This document shows positions 16,622 through 27,023 of a DNA stretch of 64,000 nt, piece by piece. Within the stretch, counting starts at the first letter, position 1. Every line of letters starts with the position of its first letter. The position numbers were made by a program, and so were the translations under genes. A model generated the notes under the pieces. It was not told the origin of the DNA. It searched no databases and saw nothing but the letters and a program-made list of their open reading frames with translations. The stretch spans positions 62,001 through 126,000 of the IMG/VR virus record IMGVR_UViG_3300042514_000542; one strand, 5' to 3'.

Positions 16622-17542
16622 TCATAGCTCAATTTTCATGCACACAACTCTCTCATCATGTGGATAGAAGTATTTGGTAGTCCAATTTTGTTTGGAATTT
16701 GTGGTATAAACCTTATCAAAATGCTCAGATACGTTTTTGATGCCATCATAGCAATCAGAGTGTGTGGTGAATAACATAAGCTTGCCACAATTCTTTTCAC
16801 GAAGTTTCTTACCAAGGCCAATGAATGTTCCACCCATCGAATTAATATCATCGCAGATAAGTGTAGGATGACCACCTAGATCATCAGCACCTACGAAGAA
16901 CTCCTTAATAGAACCATCCTTGACATCACGAACTTTCTCACAACGAATTAGGTTGAATGTCTTAGCGTGATACATGCAAGCAAGGTATTGTGTAATCTTA
17001 CCTACGCGCTTTCCAGCACCAGCATCAGGACATACGATATTCCATTCCTTTTGGTTGACATCGCTTTGAATGATTTGATCAATATATTTCAATTCATCAA
17101 GAACAATAACATTGTTAAGCAATGCTGGAGTCACTTCACTATGAGGACAAAGGATAGTAACACTGTTGAATCCACAACCATTAATCATATCAGTAAAGAC
17201 CTTAATGGTTAATGGTTCACCTTCATTACATACGCGGTCTTGACGAGCGGCGGGAAAGTATGGAAGAATAAGTCTAATGTCATTAAAACCCATACGACGA
17301 GCAGCATCATTTGCCAGAATAATATCAAACAAATCGCCAATCTTATTATATCGTTGAGTGATTACCAGAGTAGATGCTTCTGGACATGCACATTTGTTAG
17401 TAATCTGAAAGTGCGGCTCCCCGCCTTTGAAGTCAAATTTCTTATAGAATACCTCAACACCCTCGAAAGGTGCGAAGGTTTCATCTAGGTTTAAAACGTA
17501 TGGTCGTTCTGCTTTCATGTTCCAATGTATATGCTGCTTCAT
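16622..17542 (-). CDS. prs: ribose-phosphate pyrophosphokinase-like (Prs/Adps family)
   Basis: FKGGEPH, LPYFPAARQDR, CPHS, VCPDAGA, CEKVRD, ICDDINSMGGTF. Confidence 0.9.
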   Translation of the reverse strand: MKQHIHWNMKAERPYVLNLDETFAPFEGVEVFYKKFDFKGGEPHFQITNKCACPEASTLVITQRYNKIGDLFDIILANDAARRMGFNDIRLILPYFPAARQDRVCNEGEPLTIKVFTDMINGCGFNSVTILCPHSEVTPALLNNVIVLDELKYIDQIIQSDVNQKEWNIVCPDAGAGKRVGKITQYLACMYHAKTFNLIRCEKVRDVKDGSIKEFFVGADDLGGHPTLICDDINSMGGTFIGLGKKLREKNCGKLMLFTTHSDCYDGIKNVSEHFDKVYTTNSKQNWTTKYFYPHDERVVCMKIEL

Positions 17543-17628
17543 GTTGCTATTGTAGTTCGGTTTTAATTATGGGGAACGGATAGTAATATTTCATACTATC
17601 CGTTCCGAGGTTTCTCTTACTATGAGAA

Positions 17629-18642
17629 TTAAGCAGGATCAAGAGTTACAACAGTAACACCATCCACTTCATCCCATTCATACCACAAGTCTTGTAGAAT
17701 GTTTAGAACGGTTTCCTTGGTGATCCAAGCAGGAGAGAAACTATTCTGAATTTGGCGAATAGTAACTTGATCATATCCAGCCTCTTCCTTTCTTTGAAGG
17801 TAGGTTTGAACCTTTCCGACTTTAGCTAGATACTCTTCATTAACCTCTTCGGTATCATCTTCAATGGTATCGAAAACATCTTGACCTTTGCTATCCACAA
17901 CAGAAGTGAAGATTTCCTCCACGAAGTCAGCAACAACTTCATACTTGGAGACACGGCACTTTTGGAATGAATAGTCTTTTGGAACAGATACTACATCCTT
18001 TGGATTAACCTTAACAAGAATAAGTCTTTGAGAGAATCCACGGGCATAGTCCAATGATCCACAGTGAAGTCCAAAGCTACATTCATTGGCTCGATTATCA
18101 TCGACACAGTTACGTGCAACTTCGATCACTTCACCAACACCATTATAGATATGTCCATATTCATCGACAGTTCCTTGAAGGACTCTTGTTTCGGTATTTC
18201 CAGTGGCAGAATAGTAGTCATTTCTAACACCCTTATAGGCAATTAGATCACCATCTTCGGTGATAGGAAGTTCCTTATAAGAAAGGAAGTCCGTAAGTTC
18301 TGCAACAGATTGTGCAGAAGGATTCTCACGAAGCTTTTCCCAAAACTTCTCAAAGTGTTCGATGGGAAGACCATCACGAACAATCGAAATAACCTTGGTC
18401 TTCAAGGCTTTAGGTAGTGATTCTCCTTGATAGGTAACATCATCACCATTGATAATAAATCCAGCAGATGTGATCTTGCTAATTGGATTGATGATTTCCT
18501 TCACAGCAGACTCTTGTTCATCCTTCGGTAGTTCAAAGGTCTTAAGAATTCTTGCGTAGTTTTTGTCGGTTTTCTCGACACGAACCTTCTCACCAGTTGA
18601 TAGGAGAAGGATGATTGCGTTTGCGTTAGTTATGTAGTTCAT
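17629..18642 (-). CDS. rIIB: rIIB-like protein
   Basis: DGDLIAYKGV, VDDNRANECSFGLH, VKVNPKDVVSVP.DY..QKCRV. Confidence 0.85.
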   Translation of the reverse strand: MNYITNANAIILLLSTGEKVRVEKTDKNYARILKTFELPKDEQESAVKEIINPISKITSAGFIINGDDVTYQGESLPKALKTKVISIVRDGLPIEHFEKFWEKLRENPSAQSVAELTDFLSYKELPITEDGDLIAYKGVRNDYYSATGNTETRVLQGTVDEYGHIYNGVGEVIEVARNCVDDNRANECSFGLHCGSLDYARGFSQRLILVKVNPKDVVSVPKDYSFQKCRVSKYEVVADFVEEIFTSVVDSKGQDVFDTIEDDTEEVNEEYLAKVGKVQTYLQRKEEAGYDQVTIRQIQNSFSPAWITKETVLNILQDLWYEWDEVDGVTVVTLDPA

Positions 18643-18657
18643 TTTCTTTGTTTTTGT

Positions 18658-18685
18658 ATTGTAATTCAGTTTTTTCGTTTGTCAA
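18658..18685 (-). promoter_or_regulatory. sigma70-like promoter of rIIB
   Basis: TTGACA-N16-TACAAT. Confidence 0.6.
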
Positions 18686-18956
18686 TAGCTAGAATGTATT
18701 TCGGTTTTAATTAAAGTTACCTGCAATGGACGATCACATTCCCATCTTCATCAATCTCTCTATAACCACCAACCCTTCCAACATCAGTATATGGTGCGCG
18801 ATCTTCGCAAACTATATCGAACCAGTCATCCGCTTGTTGTTCACCTTGACCTTCATACCATTCAGCCAATGCTTTCGCTTGTGCTGGGGTAAGATTAACG
18901 AATGTGCATGTCACCTTATCTTTCATATCAGTATTGTATTTCGGTTTTAATTAAGA

Positions 18957-19415
18957 TCACCAGTCGATCAGTTTCACTTCTTTTTTGTAGATTCCAAAAT
19001 TATCATCGCGATAATCCCATCCAGAAAGCCTTTTTTCTATTTTAGCCATTTCTATATAATCTTCATCAGATTTAACATTTGTATCAACCTTTGGTTGAAT
19101 CATCAAAATATGGGTATCATAATAATCTTTTCTACTTAAATTGTAGTAATGATAAATTAATGTAGGTACTCTATACTTTGGTGGTGGTGGAAATCTAGTA
19201 ATATACCCAACCTTAATCACTTGTCGCTTACCAATGAAAGTTGCGCCAGATGAATGTATATAATCGAAACCTAAGTCTTTAATTTTTTTGACTAAATGTT
19301 TATCAATATATACCCCCGATAACTGAACACCATCCAATAGTTTAAAAGCTTCTTTAATTTGTTTGTCAAGACGTTTAATCTCCCCTTCACCATGTATTAA
19401 TTGTAATTTTTTCAT
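18957..19415 (-). CDS. small protein-kinase-like fold protein
   Basis: VIKVG, MIQPKV, DYRDDNFG and KLIDW resemble kinase catalytic-loop and DFG-equivalent motifs. Confidence 0.45.
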   Translation of the reverse strand: MKKLQLIHGEGEIKRLDKQIKEAFKLLDGVQLSGVYIDKHLVKKIKDLGFDYIHSSGATFIGKRQVIKVGYITRFPPPPKYRVPTLIYHYYNLSRKDYYDTHILMIQPKVDTNVKSDEDYIEMAKIEKRLSGWDYRDDNFGIYKKEVKLIDW

Positions 19416-19416
19416 A

Positions 19417-21345
19417 TCAATCTTTCATCAACAAAATCTTACGAAGATCCTGTCTAGTAATAGTTGCGTTGTAGTTGCCAAGAGATTTAAGGATACGTCC
19501 ACGGGTAGAATTCTCCTTCATAATCTGTACCTTTACATCTTCAAGTTTTCCAAACTTAGAAGGATTTTTAGCAATATACTTTACAAGCCTATCCTTTGGT
19601 TTGGATGCATAGAAAAAGCCTTGAATGGAATATGTAGCATTATTAATGGCTCTTTGACGTTTATCCGCTTCATCAAATCTAGCCTTAGCGTCAGTATATT
19701 CTTGACTACTTGGAAGAATCCAACCAAGTTCCAAAAGGTTCTCAATCATCTTCTTACTATTAGCAGTCCAAAAATTATAGCGTGTTCCATAATCCTTGGT
19801 GGGTGCGATAGTTCTAGCATTGAGTTGATAAATGTTTTCCGTTTCAAGATGCCAATCATCTTCCAAATCAGCACCCTTGAAAGAATCCTTACGAACTTTT
19901 TCATCAAGTTCTTGAGCGGTGTAGTAATCCCTATTTCCATAGGAATTATACACAAGATATTGACCATTATCTAGATTGGTATTAACAAGCTTTGGAAGTT
20001 TAAGGCTCTTAATATCTACAAAAGCACAATCGGAAATATCAATACTGTCGTCCAAGTTCTTCAACAACTCAGCATGATCCTTATTAGAAATATATACATA
20101 TCCATCATAATCATCACCCTTAATAGATTTAAGGGCATTGATGAGACGTTTGTGCCAATTAGTGGTACTTTGAATGTCTGGAAAGATATAGATTATCTCC
20201 TTCGTGGCGGTAGAGTTAGCATAAACTTGTATAACGTGATCCCCAGCATTATCTCTACTACGTCCAACTTTATAATAATATTTATGAGTTGATGCGAAAC
20301 AATCCTTGTATGAATAAGAGAACCAATCACCATCATAATTACTACCATGCTGCTCGTTACCAGTTACCACAGCACCAAACTTTGGAGTAGTTAGGGCTGA
20401 TACTTCTTCTTGTGTAATTTTATCTAATGCATCTTCAATCTCCTTAAAGACTTTTTCATTAAGGGGCGTGTTCTCAATACTCTCACGGGAGATTGGTAGT
20501 GATAATTTACCAATAGGAACATCTACCACGACATACTTAAAGAATGAACGGTTGACTCTAGTGGATGTATTATATGGATAAATCACACCACCCATTCTCA
20601 CATAATATTTATTACTATAATAGTCTGGTTCATACTCATATTGATGGAAAGTATATTCACCTACCGTCTTTGATCGAATTGGACTATATGGCTCGGCTTG
20701 GGTTTTATTGTACTGATTATCGAATTTAATATTAGAATTCGGTAGAAAGAATGATACGAATTTGTTGGTTTTTTGGCTAAAGTCATATACATCTAAAGAC
20801 TTAACTTCAAGACTGATTTCAATACCTTGTTCCGTAGTAGGTTCTTGGGAGATTTCATAAATCTCACCAACAGGGATACCACCATTACCAGCACCTAGAG
20901 TGCAGATGTAACTAGTCTTGATACCATTATGATAAGAGGTGATGTAGAAAGTATCACTATAGGCATGTCCAGCTTTTGAACCCACACCGAATCCACCAAT
21001 GGAATCATTCTCATTGGTCTTAGTGGATTCGAAATACATACCGAAGACATTACGAACATCGTGATCATTAAGACCCTTTGCATAATCCCTTACAGCCCAA
21101 ACCCATTGATTATTCACAGACTTAAGAGAAACATTTACAGCTTCTTTAATCTTATGTTTAACGTGTTCGTCTTGAGCATTGCAGATGTATTCTCGAATAA
21201 CTGCAAGGGTTTTATCGGTATAGATACGATCCCGAAGGAAGTAGCTTGCCATTTCCATGCCCTTATTGGACATACCCATGATACTCTTGTTATCTTTGAT
21301 ATCGTCAGAGGCGATAGTCTTTGTTGTTAGTATTCCCGTTTTCAT
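19417..21345 (-). CDS. rIIA: rIIA-like protein (GHKL ATPase domain)
   Basis: IREYICNAQDEH, VRDYAKGL, STK..NDSIGGFGVGSKAGHAYSDTF. Confidence 0.9.
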   Translation of the reverse strand: MKTGILTTKTIASDDIKDNKSIMGMSNKGMEMASYFLRDRIYTDKTLAVIREYICNAQDEHVKHKIKEAVNVSLKSVNNQWVWAVRDYAKGLNDHDVRNVFGMYFESTKTNENDSIGGFGVGSKAGHAYSDTFYITSYHNGIKTSYICTLGAGNGGIPVGEIYEISQEPTTEQGIEISLEVKSLDVYDFSQKTNKFVSFFLPNSNIKFDNQYNKTQAEPYSPIRSKTVGEYTFHQYEYEPDYYSNKYYVRMGGVIYPYNTSTRVNRSFFKYVVVDVPIGKLSLPISRESIENTPLNEKVFKEIEDALDKITQEEVSALTTPKFGAVVTGNEQHGSNYDGDWFSYSYKDCFASTHKYYYKVGRSRDNAGDHVIQVYANSTATKEIIYIFPDIQSTTNWHKRLINALKSIKGDDYDGYVYISNKDHAELLKNLDDSIDISDCAFVDIKSLKLPKLVNTNLDNGQYLVYNSYGNRDYYTAQELDEKVRKDSFKGADLEDDWHLETENIYQLNARTIAPTKDYGTRYNFWTANSKKMIENLLELGWILPSSQEYTDAKARFDEADKRQRAINNATYSIQGFFYASKPKDRLVKYIAKNPSKFGKLEDVKVQIMKENSTRGRILKSLGNYNATITRQDLRKILLMKD

Positions 21346-21481
21346 CGTGGTTAGTATATTTCGGTTTTAATTATCGTTTTCCAGTAAGTCTTTGAAATAT
21401 GTGTTTGATCGCAACACCGATCATCCAAATAATTGTTTTAATTGCATCTATCATAGTAGCTCTATTGTATTTCGGTTTTAA

Positions 21482-21895
21482 TTAATCATATTCGTTGAAC
21501 CAAGTAGCATCTCTAGTTGAGATGGGCAATGTCCCACCAGCGAGAACATAACCATCTTCTGCTTTCTTAAGTTGTGATTTTAGAATCTCAATATGTCGTC
21601 TTTTCCTACATAGGAATGCATGTTTAGCGAGTTCTCTGGTTTCGTATGCGAATCTTTTCACGCCATCATTACGAACAAATTTACGATATCTTTTGACATC
21701 TTCTTCATCATTCAAATTTGTCCAATCAGGAACCACCCAAACTCCTTTAGGTGTTCTTGAAGAAATTATAAAAACCCTACACTCCAATCTAGTGTTATGG
21801 TTGTAGTAAGTATCTGCGTCATACCTAAACATATAGATATCATTCTCTGGTAAATCCTCTGGTGTAGGTTTATTAAAAAGTTTCATACGATCCAA
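21482..21895 (-). CDS. hypothetical protein
   Basis: 137 aa ORF whose stop lies in the repeat at 21464. Confidence 0.6.
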   Translation of the reverse strand: MDRMKLFNKPTPEDLPENDIYMFRYDADTYYNHNTRLECRVFIISSRTPKGVWVVPDWTNLNDEEDVKRYRKFVRNDGVKRFAYETRELAKHAFLCRKRRHIEILKSQLKKAEDGYVLAGGTLPISTRDATWFNEYD

Positions 21896-22371
21896 TCTGG
21901 TTTATTTTGCTTCCATTGATGAATGTGCTTCTTATCGTGAATGTAATAAAGTCTGTAACAATTTACTGGATCGCTTTCGTCAAATTCTGGAAGTGTTCTA
22001 CAAATAGTATCATCGCTGATAGCTATTGCGAATTTCTGTAGATCATTAGAGTCAAATCCTAATCTCCAACTATTGGACTCACACCAATCTAATACATCTT
22101 CACTCTTATGACGCTTACCATAACGTTCAGTATATTCATTAGCTGTAGCGTAAGCATGTTCAATAGTCCATAGAAAATTATCATAACTAGAACGAATCCA
22201 TTTCGAAGTCGGATGGTTCTCATGAGTTTTCTTATATGGGGCATCAACACCTTGTAAGTGATACATTGTGCAAAGCATCTGACAATGTTCAAGCAACATT
22301 TTCGTTGCGTGTTTATTAACTTGCCATTTGGCCGATTGAACGGGACAGTTATCAATATGGAACAGGTTCAT
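21883..22371 (-). CDS. pyrimidine-dimer DNA glycosylase / endonuclease V-like protein
   Basis: MNLFHID..P..SA...KHATKMLLEHCQML, YKKTHENHP.SKW, YRLYY. Confidence 0.75.
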   Translation of the reverse strand: MNLFHIDNCPVQSAKWQVNKHATKMLLEHCQMLCTMYHLQGVDAPYKKTHENHPTSKWIRSSYDNFLWTIEHAYATANEYTERYGKRHKSEDVLDWCESNSWRLGFDSNDLQKFAIAISDDTICRTLPEFDESDPVNCYRLYYIHDKKHIHQWKQNKPDWIV

Positions 22372-22378
22372 AATATGA

Positions 22379-23035
22379 TTATAGTTCGGTTTTAATTAGC
22401 TTGTTTGGAATTACTTCCGAATGCATCCAGTGTGTATCAGTCGTAACATGATTTGGTCTTACCCATTTCGCCACATTACTTCCAAAGTTTTCATATGCAA
22501 ATCCATCGGCATTGCGAACTACGTATCCTTCATGCACCTTACGATCCCTATTCATAAAGTCTTCAATATATACTGAAACATTACCGGGACTTCTTTCATC
22601 CCATAGAAAAGGCTTGGCTATAATAGGAACATGTTCAATACCCAACAACTGACAGAACTCTACAGTATCTTTCCAAGACAAGCAATAGTTAGTTTCATCC
22701 CAAATGGAGAAACAGTAGAAGTATGATTTAAGATCATCATAACCAATGGAATGTTTAGCGTAAAGATTCTCACCACACACTCTCCATCCTTCTGGAATGT
22801 CATTCTTAATAGATGCATGAAATTGTTTGATCCATGAACGTGATGGATGATCTTTACTATCCAATGAACGAGCATGATAATGATCATTATATAGAGTGGA
22901 ATTTTCACCATCCATCTTTTCGGTGATAATCATTGACTTACCATTGAAGCATGAAGTATCCTTAAGAATTTTATCATCAGAAGTCGCTCCCGGCGACCAG
23001 TTAAGGTGCTTTGTTCGTGGATACTTAATTTTCAT
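22379..23035 (-). CDS. RNA ligase (short Rnl2-like nucleotidyltransferase)
   Basis: YPRTKHL, TEKMDGEN, CGENLYAKHSI, EGYVV, AKWVR. Confidence 0.85.
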   Translation of the reverse strand: MKIKYPRTKHLNWSPGATSDDKILKDTSCFNGKSMIITEKMDGENSTLYNDHYHARSLDSKDHPSRSWIKQFHASIKNDIPEGWRVCGENLYAKHSIGYDDLKSYFYCFSIWDETNYCLSWKDTVEFCQLLGIEHVPIIAKPFLWDERSPGNVSVYIEDFMNRDRKVHEGYVVRNADGFAYENFGSNVAKWVRPNHVTTDTHWMHSEVIPNKLIKTEL

Positions 23036-23067
23036 ACCACTATTGTAGTTCGGTTTTAATTAAAGGG

Positions 23068-23320
23068 TTGATAGAATAGAAGTGCGTTGTTACACCAAAG
23101 GAGTTATGATCATCTAGCGACCTAGAGTCACATCCTATGAAACGCAATTCACGAGCATCGCAGCACCTTTGCAACAGTGTATGGTATCGTCAGCCATTTC
23201 TATTTTGCAAGGATGTATGTCTTAGTTGAATTGTATACATACGAATTACCTCTTCTCCACGTTTAGTTCCATTCATTATAAGGTGGCTACCTCTAAGCCT
23301 ACTTCCTTCTATTCTATCAA
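23068..23320 (-). ncRNA. candidate large structured RNA (253 nt)
   Basis: Perfect 15-bp closing stem TTGATAGAATAGAAG/CTTCTATTCTATCAA; internal stems GTATGT/ACATAC, ATCC/GGAT, GTGAC/GTCGC; no long ORF. Confidence 0.6.
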
Positions 23321-23323
23321 TGT

Positions 23324-23386
23324 GGAACCGTGTTGTAATGATCAACAGTAATAACCTAGCTGAGTTAGCATTGTTATTTCGGTTCC
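23324..23386 (-). ncRNA. candidate small three-way-junction RNA
   Basis: Closing stem GGAACCG/CGGTTCC followed by ACA; arms AATAAC/GTTATT and TGTTG/CAACA. Confidence 0.4.
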
Positions 23387-23393
23387 GATCCTA

Positions 23394-24176
23394 TTAAATT
23401 TTACACCATTTCCTGTCCATTTTAGGAACATCAATAGACAACAGTTTATTTCTCAAATAGATATACTTTCCAGTCTTTAAATTACCACCAAAAGATAGCT
23501 TATATACCATATTTGTATTTTTGATTTTTTTAATCGTGGTATCTATATTACAATAACTAGAAAACACGTTCTTTATAAATTGTAAAATATCACATGTCCC
23601 AATAATGGTAATAATTTGATTTCCATGGCTAGAAGCGATACAACCATCTCCATCTATATACCCTATTATATAGGCCAAAGCATGATTAACTGTTGGTATG
23701 TTTTCTGGCGGTTTAATCGTCGCCGTCTTATTCTGAGTAATGTTAAATCTATTAACTAATGTATTAACAATATCTGGAACCCCGGTGAATTCACATCCGA
23801 CATATTTTCCACCACCTCTAAAATAAAGTGGGCCATCATATTTAAAGTGTTCTTTTAACAGATTAACTGTCTTTAAATCTCTAGAGTGTAGCGTTAAACG
23901 AACCCTATTATTGGCTTCATCAATACATCCATCTGCTGCTAACAACCCAACCAAATACCAAGTCGTCAGATCATCATTATCGAAAGCCTTCTGATCTATA
24001 TTATATCTTGAGCCTTTACGTTTACCATTTCTTTTACTTTTACGCACACCAATATCTAAAATAGATCTACAAGATTTACATTGGGAAGTGTAAAGGTTTT
24101 TACTTTTTGATCTTTTATAAAAAGATTCTAATGGTTTAGTTTCTTTACAGGTTGTGCAGGTTTTGTTGTTAGTCAT
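23394..24176 (-). CDS. LAGLIDADG homing endonuclease with N-terminal Cys4 zinc finger
   Basis: CTTCKE..CKSC, WYLVGLLAADGCI, AYIIGYIDGDGCI; start reassigned to ATG 24176, after ACTAAATAATAGT. Confidence 0.85.
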   Translation of the reverse strand: MTNNKTCTTCKETKPLESFYKRSKSKNLYTSQCKSCRSILDIGVRKSKRNGKRKGSRYNIDQKAFDNDDLTTWYLVGLLAADGCIDEANNRVRLTLHSRDLKTVNLLKEHFKYDGPLYFRGGGKYVGCEFTGVPDIVNTLVNRFNITQNKTATIKPPENIPTVNHALAYIIGYIDGDGCIASSHGNQIITIIGTCDILQFIKNVFSSYCNIDTTIKKIKNTNMVYKLSFGGNLKTGKYIYLRNKLLSIDVPKMDRKWCKI

Positions 24177-24715
24177 ACTATTATTTAGTGTGATCAACAA
24201 CAAAACCCAAACTAACCACCTTAGAATGTAGTAATTTTAGAATTTCTCAATTCACAGGCAATGTCTCTTGTATCAACATTAACCCATACGCCCATAAATT
24301 GGTTTTTCCTAATGAACACCTGTTGTTGTCCACCAATCAAATGAAAACTCCCATCTGCGTTTCTAACTGCTGTTAAGTTAAAAACTTTAGGTGATTTTAA
24401 TTGATCCTTATTACGCATCCATCGTTTGTCTCTTTTTGTCTTTGTCATACTTATATGTTTTTATTTTTTATACCGGGACCATTGAGAAGAAAGTCTTCCA
24501 CTTCCATCATATTGATTTCATCATCAACCTCTTCCTTAAGTTTACCCAATTCCTTGAATAATTTATCGAGATTTTCGATGCTGTTTGTAGTAACATCGAA
24601 ATTACTAATATCTGATATCAACTTGTTGGTTTTTTGTTTCAACTGTTCTATTCTGCCACCCGATTCTTGTTCTTTGTTCACTGTCATAAAGAATCTATCA
24701 CACCAAAACGCTTTG

Positions 24716-25378
24716 TCAAGACGTTCTTTGATGGTCTAAAATTTGTATGGATTTTGTTGACATCACATCTTCAATTTCGGAAAAACTCCAGACACTATTC
24801 TTATAGTCCCAACCAACATCCAATCCTTTTTGATATTGTGCATCTGGTTTACGACCTTTATCTTGTAGGTGGGAATGTCCAGATAATTGCCAAGCCCCAC
24901 GATTATCCTTGTGCCAAATCCTTAGAGGAAAGTGGTTCATAACAATAATCTGCGTTCCTATCATAATCTCTTGATGATTTCCTATGAAGGTAAGATTCTT
25001 ATACTTCAATGGGTAAATCTCCACATCGACAATACCGTATTGTTCTACTATCTGTTCCTTATAAATCCTATACATGTTGGATTCATGATTCCCCCACATG
25101 ACATAAATATTCTTACAATTAAGTCTATCGATCCAACCATTACATTGACCATCGGTAGCATTTAGGAAAAAATCTCCAAGGAACCACAATGTATCATCCT
25201 CACCAACAGTATCATTAATCTCCCTAAGAGTTTGTTCTGCTGCTTCCTCTGCATTATTATATCCACGCATTTCCCAAATAGGGGAAGTCCAAGTTTTTGG
25301 ATCGTGGAAAACATGCCAATCACTACTCCAATAGTGTTTGTTCCTCTGGTCGTATGGGAATTTCAGTATTTTGTGCAT
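24716..25378 (-). CDS. calcineurin-like metallophosphoesterase
   Basis: SDWHVFH, FLGDF, WGNHE, HFP, GHSH. Confidence 0.85.
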   Translation of the reverse strand: MHKILKFPYDQRNKHYWSSDWHVFHDPKTWTSPIWEMRGYNNAEEAAEQTLREINDTVGEDDTLWFLGDFFLNATDGQCNGWIDRLNCKNIYVMWGNHESNMYRIYKEQIVEQYGIVDVEIYPLKYKNLTFIGNHQEIMIGTQIIVMNHFPLRIWHKDNRGAWQLSGHSHLQDKGRKPDAQYQKGLDVGWDYKNSVWSFSEIEDVMSTKSIQILDHQRTS

Positions 25379-25622
25379 TTTTTAAATAGTCTACAATTTC
25401 GTTTATTGATGATAGCCTATCAGAGACTTCATCATTGTCAATTACTATTAAAACAGGGGTTGACTTTATTTTATATTTGGCATATAGATCACTATCCGTT
25501 TTACCCTCTTCGTATAATGAAATATAATCGTAGGGTATTCCTTCACTATCTAATCTTCTAAATAACATGAAGTCAACGCCCCAGCATTTATTGAGAAATA
25601 GTATATGATTACTGATATCCAT
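25323..25622 (-). CDS. thioredoxin/glutaredoxin-like small protein with degenerate active site
   Basis: KYKIKSTPVLIV matches the thioredoxin cis-Pro region, but only one Cys is present; start uncertain. Confidence 0.4.
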   Translation of the reverse strand: MDISNHILFLNKCWGVDFMLFRRLDSEGIPYDYISLYEEGKTDSDLYAKYKIKSTPVLIVIDNDEVSDRLSSINEIVDYLKNAQNTEIPIRPEEQTLLE

Positions 25623-25790
25623 CCTGATCTTCTAATTCCTCTTCTGTTATATCAGATAAATCAATACATTTTCTATACATATCTATCAACCTTTGTGTTA
25701 CCTCAAAGTATTCTTCAAAATATTTATTGTTAATATATAGAGACTTCATTTTAGTAAGCTCTCCAAATCTAGGTATAAGTTCATCCTTTT

Positions 25791-26234
25791 TCATAGCAGT
25801 TGTCCAATACGTTGTGAAATGATCTTGTTATCAATACTACCATTAGATAGCTCCAATGCCCTCTTAATGGCTTTACCCATGTCTTTCTTAGATGTAGCAC
25901 CAACATCAGCGATAGCTGTTACAATGATATTCTCAACCTCTGCTTCGGTCAATGGTGCTGGTAGGTATTCATTAAGAATCTCAATCTCATCTTTTTCAAT
26001 TTTGATAAGATCATCTCTCATAGAGCTTACATAAAGCTTCATTGCATCTTCTCTTGTAGAGACAGCTTTACGAACAATACCAAGAATCTCCAATTCACTA
26101 ACTGGTTCATCAATATTACCCTTAGCCAACGAAGCATTGGTTATAGAATTTTTCAATGCACGAAGAACATTCAACCTAGTTGTGTCCTTATCACGCATTG
26201 CCTGTTTTAGATCTGTATTTATTTTATCAATCAT
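25791..26234 (-). CDS. GatB/YqeY domain protein
   Basis: INTDLKQAMRDKD..LRALK, EIEILNEYLP..LTEAE, KDMGK; start ATG 26234, 6 nt after the repeat. Confidence 0.85.
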   Translation of the reverse strand: MIDKINTDLKQAMRDKDTTRLNVLRALKNSITNASLAKGNIDEPVSELEILGIVRKAVSTREDAMKLYVSSMRDDLIKIEKDEIEILNEYLPAPLTEAEVENIIVTAIADVGATSKKDMGKAIKRALELSNGSIDNKIISQRIGQLL

Positions 26235-26482
26235 ACTCAAATTATATTTCGGTTTTAATTAACGCTTTGGTGTGTATTGTTTTACACACTTATCACAAAG
26301 TTCTTCTTCCACTAGGGATACGAACAATGACGTATCATATCCCCTTGAATACATAAGATTAAATGCTGCCTGAATCCATTGTTGACGACTCTTAGCAAAG
26401 TCATTACGTTCTTGTTTAAGAACTCTGATGATTTCCGTCTTACTTAAGTCGGAAAGATCAGTCGGATGTTGTTCACATTTCA

Positions 26483-27019
26483 TTAGATCGCTACAGTGAA
26501 CTTCTGACTATCAGAATAATTCTTTGAGTTAGGATCAATAAGATTAATCTTATCAAGAAACTCATAGATATCCTTACATGTATAAGGATATCCCTTAAGT
26601 CTCGATTGAATCATCTTAGTGGTCACAGCACCATTATTCTTAAGGTAAGAATAGATTTTCTTTTGAACATCGACAGGAATGTTAGTAGACGCCATAGCGG
26701 TTTGAACCACAGCAGTAGGTGTAGATTGCGCTGGTGTAATTGTAGTAGGTGATGCTACACCAAATTGATATTCACGATACCCATTAGGATTGTGGGTTTC
26801 ATTAACACCCTCTAAAATACCATTTTCTAGAAGTTCGAGGAATAGTTCCTTCACATCATCGTGATATACATAATTTTCCTGATATGATGTATCGAGTAAA
26901 TATACAATATCATTAAGATTTTTTCTAATCACCTTAGTAATATCCCAGATCGAAAACTTAGTAGTTCCGAATGATTTGATTGCTATAAGGATGGCCGTTG
27001 TTGTTTGTATTGTCTTCAT
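26483..27019 (-). CDS. hypothetical protein
   Basis: 178 aa ORF in an operon with the PARP gene. Confidence 0.6.
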   Translation of the reverse strand: MKTIQTTTAILIAIKSFGTTKFSIWDITKVIRKNLNDIVYLLDTSYQENYVYHDDVKELFLELLENGILEGVNETHNPNGYREYQFGVASPTTITPAQSTPTAVVQTAMASTNIPVDVQKKIYSYLKNNGAVTTKMIQSRLKGYPYTCKDIYEFLDKINLIDPNSKNYSDSQKFTVAI

Positions 27020-27023
27020 AATT

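Noticed and set aside
19363-19974. 203-aa plus-strand ORF inside rIIA, and similar long antisense ORFs (54327-54836, 55224-55799)
   Set aside because: They lie fully opposite well-supported genes, have no motifs, and are typical codon-bias shadows.
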